Assembly: GCF_963853765.1 (NCBI RefSeq)
Contig: NC_088862.1
Location: 28,210,001 to 28,274,000, forward strand
Length of the DNA: 64,000 bases
Source: Magallana gigas
Lineage: Eukaryota
Reading direction: 5' to 3'
Shown here: positions 49,608 to 61,465 of the stretch, piece after piece
Numbering within the stretch: the stretch's first letter is position 1
How the letters are laid out: each line of letters starts with the position of its first letter
Made by a program: the position numbers and the translations under genes
Notes under the pieces: model-generated
What the model was told of the DNA's origin: nothing
Database searches by the model: none
Seen by the model: only the letters and a program-made list of their open reading frames with translations

Positions 49608-51757
49608 ATGAGGAGCTGGTATGGACTGTTACTGATAGGATTATTTCTGTTTATTCAGACGTTTGGTAGGTACTTGTATATAAAGAGATTTAAAACCCAT
49701 TTATTTCGATTTCAATCTCGAAAAAAAGAAAACTATGTGCTTTCTTTGTTGTATGAATTCAAAACCTTTCTTTGATACCGTTGTATCTATATTTGAAATC
49801 TTATCAAATCCGAAACAAGCTCAAGGAACAAGCGATGGTTTTATTCTTTGGCTACTTTCTTTTATTCGAGACACAATTATAAAATATTAGGTTTTTCATT
49901 TGATGAATACAAAAAAGAAATTGATATACAGGTATGAATACATGGAAGATTTGGAAAATTTCAGATAATATTTAGTGAAAAAAATTAATGAGAGTTTACG
50001 AAACCATTCCATTTAATGAATACAAAAAATAAATTGATATACAGGTATGATTACACGAAAGGTTTGGAAAATTCAGATAACATTTAGTGAAAAAAATTGA
50101 TGAGAGGTTACAAAACGATTCGTAATTATAGTCGTAGAATTTCTGATGCTACATGTACGTCACAATTCAGGACAGACATATTGATTTTTAGGAAAAATGA
50201 AAGATAAAAAACTGATTTATTTCTGGTAATTAAGATCATATACTGGTCGCTTTTTAATTAAAAGTTTATCAGTGCAAGTGCGTTCCCCCTTAATCTATAA
50301 TATAGCCTGCTTTACAAATCTTTATCTTGGATACGTAGAATTTGTTTCTATACGTTTAGTATTCTCGGCATCAGATAAATTGTCGTTTTAAACGAAAGTG
50401 CACAAATATTATAGAATTATAGTGTCTTACTTTGAGAATCAATTCTCGTATCGATCGACTTCTCGAAACTCAATACCCCCCACGAGTGCTTTAATATTTT
50501 CACCTTTGTCTAGGGTTCTACAACATTGACCCCCAAACAAGACAAAAAGTAATATATATTACACTGTAGTAAGGGAAAATGCCGGTCGACGTAAACATCT
50601 AGCTTTCTATAACTCAATATGAGAACTTGATTGCATTACGATCAATTGGACAAACCGATAAAAACGACCCTCTGTGGAGTTCGAACACCTGACACAAGAT
50701 CTAAGTCTTTCCACGACGACTCCAAGGTCGTCTCTTAACTTGACGGACTGACCTACAACGTTAATTATTACAGACGATGCATCTTAGGGATGTCGCAATC
50801 AATACGCTTTGCAGTCGGGTCAAGATAAGCTTCAAGAAGCCTGTTTACAAATCATTAGCTTATGCTTTAAGAAGGCTGATTGCTCGCTGTCATGGTTAGA
50901 CCATATTAATCTCTTTAAGAAGAAGAGCTTTTTTAAAGATGTAAGAAATTATTAGAATATTAGGGTTTTTTTTTCTTTACTATATAATGGAATATAACTA
51001 AGAGAAATTGTATCTTAATTTTAAGGTAGAATTGATGGGTAATTTGTAACCATCCAGTTTCCTTAAGGTAGATACTTGTACATGTATATGCTAAAAATTA
51101 TTTCAAAAAAAAACGCAAGCATGCCTCTGTTACACATGTTTTATATTTACCGTCACTTCTTTAAGAAAGTTACGTCTAATCCTTCAAATGATGCAATAGC
51201 TTTAGTTAACAATCTGTATTTCCGTTCCTTTCGCAGATCTGTTAATCTTCTGAAAGATTGGTTTGCTTTTAAACGGCAAACTTTCAACGATAGACCGAGC
51301 ACACTTCATGTGGGTTTTTTTTTTTAAATTAAGAATTAATTTTCGTTAATTTTATTGTCGATTCGATTCATGGTATCAAATTATATTCCTCGATGAAGGA
51401 TACGTTATAACGAAGATTATTTTTGATATGACATTTTCTACAAATTGGCGTATCCTCAAAACTATATAATCACGAAAACTGATGCTCACGAATACTTACG
51501 GAACCACAGAACTATTTTCAAATCTGTTATATTGTGCGTTGTATTGTAGGTGCTTGACATTTCCAATCTTGATGGCAAAGCTTGATAATAAAATCATAGA
51601 CTAGATTAATTAGATATTGTTTATATCGCGACGATTATTATCAACGTATTTCCGCGTAAGATGTTTGAACCATTGATAAATATAAAAAAACCCAGATCAT
51701 TTTCAGAGTTAATCTTATTTATCAATTGCAGTAAATATTCATGGGTGATCCAAATTG

Positions 51758-51816
<59 letters not shown>

Positions 51817-53885
51817 CGCTCTCTCGCTCTCTTACATACATAATAACCTGTCAATATTATATATTAATATCTTAAGTATCATCAACAAGATAGCTTAAAT
51901 ATTCCACGATCAATGTTTGATTCCGTGATAATCCGACATGTTCGTTTTTCTTAACACCAGTCCAGACGGTTACCATCTCTCGAGTTTCCTTCTTAGGTTA
52001 TTAATAAGTCTGATGATGGCGGCTCTTTCTATCTATTGATTTTGCCCCCGATCGTGTCCTTCAGAAGGAAAATTTCATTACTTGGATCAGCTGTTCATTT
52101 TGGTCTGTTGCACTTATTACAAAAGACCTTCACTTCATACGTGTCATTTTGAGACGTCTGCTCTGCATACAAAATGGCCGTTCGTTTCCCTCATCCTTAA
52201 GGTCTTCCGTTTACGTATATACATATCGGGTACTTCAATTTAAAACTGCAAAGTCTGCTTATGGCTTTTGCATTTCAAAAATACATTGGTTCATGTCGAG
52301 TTTACATAAGATTTACATAAGATAATGGATTTATTTTCTTTCAATTTATCTATATCGTTGTGACAATGCAATTTCTGAGTATGGATCTTCATTCATAAAC
52401 TATTGGGGAATAATAAAGTTTGAGGAAATCTATGCAAAGGTCTTATCAATTTGTCGGCGATCATTTTTGAACAATGAAAAATCAATGTTATTCAAATGAA
52501 TAGGCAAAAACAATATTTTCAACGAGAATAAATACATGTTTTTCGTGATGATCTAATTTTTGATATACATGTATCTAATTTGCGGTCGTTTTTATATCGC
52601 AGAAAATGAATTACACAGGCAACGTGTCAGTTATGATGTATAGTACTATATTAAAAAATGGCTTACAAAAGTATAGACCCATTTTTGCCAAAAATTTGCC
52701 AAAATTCGCAACATGTGAAAAAAACCCAAATATTTACGATACGATATCATATTGTATCATTTGTTCAATAAGCTGCTCTTTGTCTGAGGCTTGATGGTCA
52801 ACAGACTAACATTTTAATTAAGATATGATGTCTTTAGCGATAAACTATTATTCAATGAAGAAAAAATCCATTTGTTTGAACTTTTGAATATAGGGATGTT
52901 CGTATACTCTTATATAGAGCTCTTCTTCAAAAGGAGATCGATACAGTCTAAAAATGGTCATGACTGTTGAGCACTCTAAATGAGGCCTTTAGTTACCCAT
53001 TTCTTTGAATTAGACAGACGTATGTATTTATAAATTCTTTAAAATCATTTCAGGAATGTCTGTGGGTATAAAGTGCTGGCATTGTATTTCTAAGGACTGC
53101 CAATTGGATCCCAGCGAGAACTACAAAGCCGTCAAAAAGCAGTGCTTAACTGGGCAGTATTGTCAGGTAATGAATTATAGTGAACAGTATTATAACCCTA
53201 TCAAAGGGATCTTGTTGTTTTATCACAGATTAAATATTTTCGCTAAGACTCATAATTTGAAGATATTGAAAATCTAGGAACATAAAGATACGACTAGACT
53301 TTTTATGCTCATTATTCTTTATGACGTTGCATAATCCAGTAAAAATAAAACACAGTTGTTGACTGTGAGTAGATTAACGATCTGAATTCTTTTCATCATT
53401 ATCTTGGAGGTTTTTGGTGTTTTTTTAGTAATTGTATTGGAAATTAGTATATATAGACGATACTCTGGTAACATATACTCTGAAAACATGTACTTTGGTC
53501 TCCCTATGGATCTGAAGTCGTTTCTCAAAAGTTGTCTTGATTTTATGTGTTTGTTTTGTTTGTTTGTTTGTTTATTCACGATCAAAATTCAAATTTTGTT
53601 CAAGTTTTTTTTTTCACATTTCAGAAAGTATACTATTCGATGTACAGTACGATGGACAATATGGTATACGAGTCCACGGTGAGAGGGTGTGCGTGGGACT
53701 GTCTTCCCAAAGATGACTTTCAAAACTGCTCGTCTGAGCTTCACGGATCACGTGGTTGTGTGACGAGAAACTGTTGCCGTGACAATGACCTTTGCAACCA
53801 AGGGTCAAGGACTAATTCATTGCTGACGTCATCACATTTATCATGTTTGTTTCTTTTAGTTTTATCATCATATTTTGTGACGTGA
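49608..53885 (+). CDS. Ly6/uPAR (three-finger) protein, quiver/sleepless-like, predicted GPI anchor, 143 aa
   Basis: Exons 49608-49665 (signal MRSWYGLLLIGLFLFIQTF), 53054-53166, 53625-53885; phases 1 and 0 match; 12 Cys, IKCWHC start, CCRDNDLCN end, hydrophobic C-terminus. Confidence 0.87.
49897..50122. repeat. Diverged tandem duplication (period about 113 bp) in Ly6 intron 1
   Basis: cattt(g/a)atgaatacaaaaaa..aaattgatatacaggtatga occurs twice. Confidence 0.75.
51760..51832. repeat. (CT)n microsatellite with degenerate end
   Basis: Direct reading. Confidence 0.95.
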
Positions 53886-54087
53886 AAGTATTTTTGCTTA
53901 CTATTAAAGCTGTTATTTATTTTTGTGGGAACTTTGTGATTTTTGTTGCTTGCAGAATGAAAATTGTTTTCTTTTTTTTCTCATTTTCATGAAACCCTAT
54001 ATTTTAAAAGTTGTTTTGCAGAAAAGTATGCAAAAGTTCCTTAACTACAGTGACGTACAATATATTGAGTAACTAAAAAAAAGAGAA

Positions 54088-54193
54088 TTTCGAAAAATTT
54101 TATATTTAATTTCATGAAAAAAAGATAACAGATTCAAAGTTTTCGAAAAATTTTATATTTAATTTCATGAAAAAAAGATAACAGATTCAAAGT
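54088..54193. repeat. Perfect 53-bp tandem duplication between two convergent 3' ends
   Basis: tttcgaaaaattttatatttaatttcatgaaaaaaagataacagattcaaagt occurs twice. Confidence 0.9.
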
Positions 54194-54419
54194 TTTTGAG
54201 TATCATCTATTTATTACAGACAAGTAACGGCATTTTTTTGCATTTCGGTAATTCTGAGAAGATGTGTTCATGATTAGGTATACCGGTATATACATGTATA
54301 TACAATCATATTCCACAACAAATCATGCAAATAAAGCGTACCCGTAAAGTATTTCAGTAACACGCATCTCATATTATCCTACAAAACAACGGAATCTATG
54401 AATATACAGTACACAGAGT

Positions 54420-57400
54420 CTACCAGGCATCTTTCTTCAACATTTTCCCCTTTTTAGCCGGCCCCTTCTTGGCCGGGCTTGCTTCCGGTTCCCTGGGCCC
54501 GGGGGCCTTTGGTTTCGGTGCCGCTTTAGTTGCTGGCGGTGGAGGTGGTGCCCTCGATGTGGTGGGGCCGTCTCTGTGGGCCCGTGATGATACCGGTGCC
54601 TCCTTGACCTCTATACTCTCTACGTCAGGGTGGACACTGTTGTTTTTGCACCACACGGTGTAGATGATAGCGGTGATGATAATGGTGACGATCGTGGCTG
54701 AGGCCAGGATGATGATTACAAACACGGCCTTGTCCCCGAGGGCAAGCGATGATGAGGGCTGAATAAAACAAATCGTGTTAATAGTATATATAGGTAATCT
54801 GTAAGCATTTGTTGGAGCGTCTCTGTGGGGCCGTGGATATACCAGGGTTGTTTTCAAATGAATAGTTACGTTTACTTGTTGAAAAATCAATTTCAACAAC
54901 CGCGCCCATTTAGAAATATTTACAGTGTTACCAGCTTTTTCTTACTTTTCAATGCTCAAAATGGACTAAGTGACTGACAGAATAAATCTGTCCTTACATG
55001 TAACTGTTCAAAAAAGAATGTTTCCATGTATTTTGTATGACGTAAATACCGTTACTGCTGATGCTGGTAAACTAATCGGTGATTGGCTGGTGGATGCCGG
55101 AGACTGACTGCTAGATGCTGCTGATTGGCTGCTTGTAGCGGGTGAGGAGCTAGCAGAGGGCGTGTCTGTCGTCGAAGACGCTGATTGGTCGGTTGTGTTT
55201 TCCGTAGATGGCGCTGATGATGTGATACTACAAGAGCTCTCGTCTGATTGGTCCCCGCAATTTTTATCTCCATCGCATTTAAGAGAATCGCTGATGCATC
55301 TATTAACAATGAAAAGAAGAGAATATTTACTTAAAATAACCCAGATATAAAATTTGGTTTTAAATAGTTTTAAATATAATCATACAAAAAGATACTGGAT
55401 TGTTCTTAAGCTTGGGAGTTCAAACATAAAATGAGAGCGATTTAATTTGTTCAACTGGTCATACATATGATGTACATGTAAGAAAACCCTTATTGTCTAA
55501 ATTTCCATTGTATATGTACTATTTCCCACATCCAAAACAATTTTACTTTTTGGCGATTCATCAAAATTTGCACGTATTTTTTCCTGCAAAAGTTCTGAAA
55601 CTAATGAAAGGAAATAGTTAAGAATTTTGCCGTTAATACTTTTTCCCTCATTAAAAAAAATTGACACAAAACAATATTTAGATATTTTCGATGAAATTAC
55701 TGGCATTTTACTGCCATATATTTTTGAGATATTTAACAGTGCCTTCCGATCTACTTGGCAAAAAAAGGGTGGGGGGTGTTGCAAGCCATGTCCAATATGT
55801 ATATGTATATGTATGAAAGAGCTACGTGGACTCCAGACCGTGACTAGACACGATAAGGGTGGGGGGTCTGGTGGACGGTCCGATTTGATTGAAAACCATT
55901 GTATTATTTTTATAATGAAGTTTCCTATATTACCAGATTTTTAAGAACGGAGACAGAATACATTTAAGATACACATGTATACCTATCTGTGTCACAGATA
56001 AACTTTGATCCTGAGCAGCTACCGTTGGAAGCATCAGAGAATGACGTCACTAGCGCCGCAAAGCCTGTACCATTATGGGAGCTGGCTGCATCCGTGACGA
56101 GGGAAAACGTTACTATGGGAACGCTAAACTCAAATACTTGATTTGTAGCTGAAAGCATAATGATTTTAAAATATCATGAAAATAAAGCAAAGTATGAATT
56201 ATACAAAGAAAGAAAGAAAGAACGAAAGAAAGAAAATAAGAAAGAAAGAAAAGGAAATGAGGAGAACGGATTAAGAGGGAGAGAGAGATAGAAAGAGAGA
56301 GAGAGGCTAGTGAGGGGCACAGAAAAAGAGTGAGAGCAGAAAGAGACGGAGAAAAAATAAAAAAAGGGGTAAGGTGAGAGAGGCAGAGAGAAAGAGAGAG
56401 ATACATGTACGTTATCTAAATTGAGAGAGGGGGGAGAAATGTTCACACCATTGGTGCCACAGAGAGTCTGCTTTGTGTTGGCCTCGTCTGCTGGGTCGTA
56501 GATTTCTAACCGATCGACGCAAGATCCGTTCTGAGCGTCAGCCAGGTCAAAGGTCACGAGTACCAGGGTCTTAGTTCCTGTAAATCATTAATGAACCCCA
56601 TTAGAAACAAATCAATAATGTTCGCGGAGACTAAATTTATGCGAATTTCGTAGCTATCTCACTAATAATCACCCAAACGAATTTTGAAATAAAAATTTTT
56701 ACTTCTTAGTCATAATAGATATCATACGAAGTTATTATTACATCCTCGTTGAATTGATAATTCACGAAATTGTCCCTTACGTATCTTAAATGATTTTATA
56801 TTAATCTGACCGTTACAAACTACAATGTAGTACGTTCAGTTCAGTAATTAAAAAGTTAACATCACTGACAATCTACCCGAATTTAAAAGTCAAATTATAC
56901 GGATATTAGCTACATGTATGTTCCAGATGTTCTGTGGTAGACCCGAGTCCTCGATCGACGTTAAAACAAGTGTGATCGATTTTACAGGGGGATATATTAG
57001 TAAACCGTATTTTTTTCGTAAATGGTCTGCATATTGATGTTTAAATACCGCATAATTTAGCTTTTTATAAGAATTTTTATAAACTATGGCTCTACAATAT
57101 TTTTAATCAGTTTATTGTGCTAAAAAAAATGCTTTCATTGGCATTGTATTTCATGGGGGTGGGGGTGGCTTATGCATGTATTTCTCTATTAATTGTCTTT
57201 TTTTAGTAAGATCAATGCAAGATTTCCANNNNNNNNNNNNNNNNNNNNNNNNNNNNNNNNNNNNNNNNNNNNNNNNNNNNNNNNNNNNNNNNNNNNNNNN
57301 NNNNNNNNNNNNNNNNNNNNNNNNNNNNNNNNNNNNNNNNNNNNNNNNNNNNNNNNNNNNNNNNNNNNNNNNNNNNNNNNNNNNNNNNNNNNNNNNNNNN

Positions 57401-60400
57401 NNNNNNNNNNNNNNNNNNNNNNNNNNNNTCCCATATTAATTATCAAATAAGTTTTAATTTCATCATGGAATATTTTTTTAATCACGTAGATATTGTGCAG
57501 ACTTTTAAAAATTGCAGCCTTTATCCCACTGAGAAATTATTTCATTTCGGATAAAGTCCAAATTTATCCAAGTAGCAAAGGTATTGTTCTCTTGTTGATT
57601 AGACAAAAATAAATCTCATATGCATTATGCTGCATGTATGGGACATATAGATGCATGTATGTAAATTAATGAACCTATTTTTTGCTCTTATGATATCAAG
57701 AACAATATCACCCGTTACCACCATGCACGGATCCAGAATTTTTTTAGGCGTGGGGTGGGGTGGGGTGGGGGGGTTGGTTTCGACGGATAATTCTGTTTGC
57801 CGGGGGGGGACTATTTTTTGGATTTTTATTATGTGAATTCATTAAGGTATCTCACTACTCATGTTTTGATTTCATTGCGCAGATGATCATTATATTTAAA
57901 ATGAATATGATTTTATTTATTTAATGATCACAGATAGATTATTATTTCATAATTACACAACATTCATAAAGAAAATCCATTTGAGTTCAAGAAACAAACA
58001 AGTTTTTTGGGGAACTATTTTTTCGTGCGGAAGGTTTTTAGACGAAAATGACAGAAACAAGCAATTTTATGAATTTTCAATATACTTTTCTTTTTATTAT
58101 ACTTTATTCGTTATTCACATTTTTAACATTTGATAGGTTTGTAACATATTTTATAGGTTCTGTGTGACATGTACAAAATCAAATCTTGGGAATGTGATAG
58201 CCGTTTAGCATAAAATCATGCATATATATAGAACATGTCTGAATTTTTAAAGCCAAATTTTGCGAGAATTTTACCTTTGAAGCCCTATATCTAAAATTTG
58301 ACATCACTGACCCCCATGTTATATTATGTCAAAATGATACTGAATACATATTTAGGCAAACTGGATTAATCTTATAAAATTCTTGATATTCAAGAAGTTT
58401 TCATTTCAAATCAAATTGTAACTATTATAGAAATTGTCTATTTTAAGTGCAAAAAGGTCACAAAAAAATTTATGCAGCTTTGTACAATTTTTTTTCGTAA
58501 TCCCTCTATTCAGTGTGACCATTGTGCATAATTAAAAACAATATTTGAAGAAATAAGTTTGCTTAATCAAAAATACTGACAACAAACCCTAATCAGGATG
58601 AAATTGCATTTTAGGTGCAAAAAGGTCAAATTAAAGGGGCCATAACTCAGAGGGATGGATACTGATTCCCCATTATCTTTGTATTTTTTAAGTTTGTTTT
58701 GTCTACAGATTTCAATGATATACTTCTCAAGAAAATCTTGATACAACAACATTGAGGAGTGGGATACCTTAAGCTTAATTTTCCATACCCGCTACCCGTT
58801 TAGATCCGCGTATAAGCTTCTGACAACTGCGCGGGGGTGTTAAGGAAGCATATGGATTCTGAGTTACATGTAATTTCGTGATATCACAAATCTTAGTTAT
58901 TATGTACATATTCAATTATCTAAGCAACGAAACGTAGACCAATAGCAAATAAAAATACTGAAGTCAATTTTTTTTCTCAGAAATTAGTTTGTATTACGTA
59001 GATTTATACATTGATGACGTCATGACTAAAAGTTGAATGTCGTGTGAATTTGATAGGAAAGCATTGTAAATATATTCAAAACATAACTAATCTAAGAACT
59101 CTAATAAAGTATTGCAGTGTGATTTATCGGGAATTGAACATAAGAATACTGGGGGAGATGTTAGTTTTATCAATCATTCGCTAAAAGGTATGTAAATTTG
59201 CTTTTATTTCTCGGCCAGGCTTTCCTCTGTCGTTGTTTACGATATAAAAATCCGACTAGAACAACACTACCCCGCATATATTGAACTTTGAATTTTATAT
59301 GTATCGTTAGTTTGATCAATGCTTAAAATGAAAAGTGCTGCTAGAATCCCATGTTGTGTGTTGTTTTGATGCAACTTGCCGTTTTCCGTGCAAACTTTAT
59401 AAAAGTTGGGAAGGTTTTACGAGAACTGGATGAATAACTATTGAATTAAGAAAAACATAGGATTCTAGCAGCAGTTTTGATTAAACTGAGATGGTTTGCC
59501 TTCACTTGGTATGTTTATTTTATTTTGGAAACCGCGGGGTAGTGTTGTTCTATCTCATTTTATGTTAAGGAATATACGTATGCTATTTATAGTTGTCACG
59601 TGATAATGCACCAATGTGGCAGTAATGTACTACCCGATTTTATTGCACTTGCATCTATTTCAAAGGATAATACTAAGTTTTTGATCGTATTCAAAATAGT
59701 TATTTAATTTCACGGTTTTGAATATAACAGTCAAAATAAGACGCTAAATTGCCCATATGCTTCCTTAACACCCCCGCGTGACCTCCTAGCTATCACAGAG
59801 AATATTATTGGAACAAATCAAAAGTCCTTGGTATATACAGATGTTTACTTACTGAGAACAGGACACCAAGTGTATAAACAAAAAAAATACTGCCGAATAG
59901 TTTTGAATTCTTTAAAACAACACTTTGATTGATGCCATAACAATCTATTGATGAAGAAAGTCAAAAGAATTCTTTGAAGAAATATATTTCTTTAAAATTT
60001 TGCTTTGATCGATAAATCTAAGATAAATCATAGTCTTGCATCATTATATTTTGTTGATAAATAAAAATATGTGCTTTGAATTCTTATAATATGAATAGTG
60101 ATATAATCAGTACAGGGAATGCATGATCAAGATGCGCCAATTAATCACGCATTAACAATAAAGTAAGCATATCTTTTCTAGTTTTATGTTATGCAATAAT
60201 TCTATGTGAACAATTTTCTGATACAAACATTTGTTTTTTGAGTTCATTTGGCCATTTTACGAAAATGCTGCCATTGCGCATGTTTTCTAATTTTTAAATA
60301 TATGTACGTCATGCACGGATAAAGTAGGGTGGGGGTCGAACAGTCCCGACCCCCCCCCCACCCCCTTGAAAATTCAAATTTCTTGAAATTGCATAGCAAA

Positions 60401-61122
60401 GTTACCGAAAATACTTTCTACTTAATGCGACTTATTTTGTGTAATTGAGCTATCTGGTACATATTACATATTCATGCAATTTTGACACTCGTCAATAAAT
60501 AAAATAAATAAAAAAATATGAGACAAATGCATGTGCGAATTGCAGTACGATATCTATGTATTCAATATTTCGAAGGTGTGTAAATATTTTTGCATGCACG
60601 AATTCAAAGCAACGTGATGAACTACATAGGCGTCGGAACCGGGGGGGGGGGGGGAGCTTGGGGGGATTAGCCCCCCCCCCCCCCCCCTCCTGATTTTTTT
60701 TTGCAAACCTAGGCATAAATGTAACCATAACCCCCCCCCCCCCTTTTTTTTTTTTGCTTTTTAAGATTTTTAGGATTTTTGAAAGGTCTAGCCACCCCCC
60801 CCCCCCCCACACACACACACTTTCAATTTGCTTCCAACGCTGCTGAACTACATGTATTATTAAAATATATTTACTTTTACAATTGTATCAGAAAAATGTC
60901 ACCTGCTGTGGAGTTCCACGTCTGTTGACAGTTGGTTCCGTTCGGATATGTGGAACCATTTTGTGATTCAATTTTGCCGCTAGATAGTTCTTTTACAGTT
61001 AAGTTGGAGCAAGTTCCGTCAACATTGACAACATGATAGAGTTGGGCCGCACCAGCAACAAGTGTGAGTATATGAACAGCAAGTAAGAGCAAAAACACAT
61101 CTCTCGAGACTACGGCGGCCAT
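54420..61122 (-). CDS. CUB, LDLa, Ser/Thr stalk, TM and Pro/Lys-rich tail receptor (LDLRAD2/NETO-like architecture), about 365 aa
   Basis: Exons 61122-60903, 56577-56449, 56148-55983, 55299-55056 (or 55050), 54758-54420; GT-AG with consistent phases. LDLa CSGSKFICDTDRCISDSLKCDGDKNCGDQSDESSC; TM AVFVIIILASATIVTIIITAIIYTVWC. Confidence 0.87.
57229..57428. other. Assembly gap (N run) in intron 1 of the CUB-LDLa gene
   Basis: Ns. Confidence 1.
57722..58811. repeat. G/C-run short repeat, copy 4, split by a nested TTAA element
   Basis: catgcacggatccagaattt ... tagatccgcgt with an insertion at TTAA. Confidence 0.65.
57842..58772. mobile_element. TTAA-flanked non-autonomous DNA transposon (Kolobok-like)
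   Basis: ttaaggtatctcactactca / tgaggagtgggataccttaa (20 bp, 2 mismatches). Confidence 0.8.
58830..59778. mobile_element. TIR element with a perfect 26-bp inverted repeat containing TTAA
   Basis: cgcgggggtgttaaggaagcatatgg (58830-58855) and its exact reverse complement (59753-59778). Confidence 0.8.
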
Positions 61123-61465
61123 TATAATTCTATCAGCGTTGTTTGAAGCAGGAAAACGTCAACGTCAAAATTATTATGACGTAACGAACGTTATGCTAAG
61201 TAATAGCGGCAAAATTCTTTTTTTTCAACCCCAGTCATATGCTTACATTTTTCTTACCTTCGTCTATTTGACTTTCCTAGATTAATTTACTCCATATTTG
61301 TTGTATTTTATATCCCAAATGTCTCCGATTTTTTATGTATGCAACATTCGTAGTGAAATATTTATGAATATCATTCCGGATCATATATACAAGTTCAACT
61401 TTGAATTTAGGATTTTATGATATAATGCGCATGTCAAGTAATGGCAGCCCCCACATGAAAAGAGC
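61123..61465. promoter_or_regulatory. Putative bidirectional promoter between the CUB-LDLa gene and WDR75
   Basis: Divergent ATGs 343 bp apart; CRE-like TGACGTAA at 61177-61184; ATGGCAGCC YY1-like motif at 61441. Confidence 0.65.

Noticed and set aside
51621-51854. ORFs built on CT/GA or poly-G/C runs (also 3702, 56113, 60492)
   Set aside because: Simple-repeat translation artefacts.
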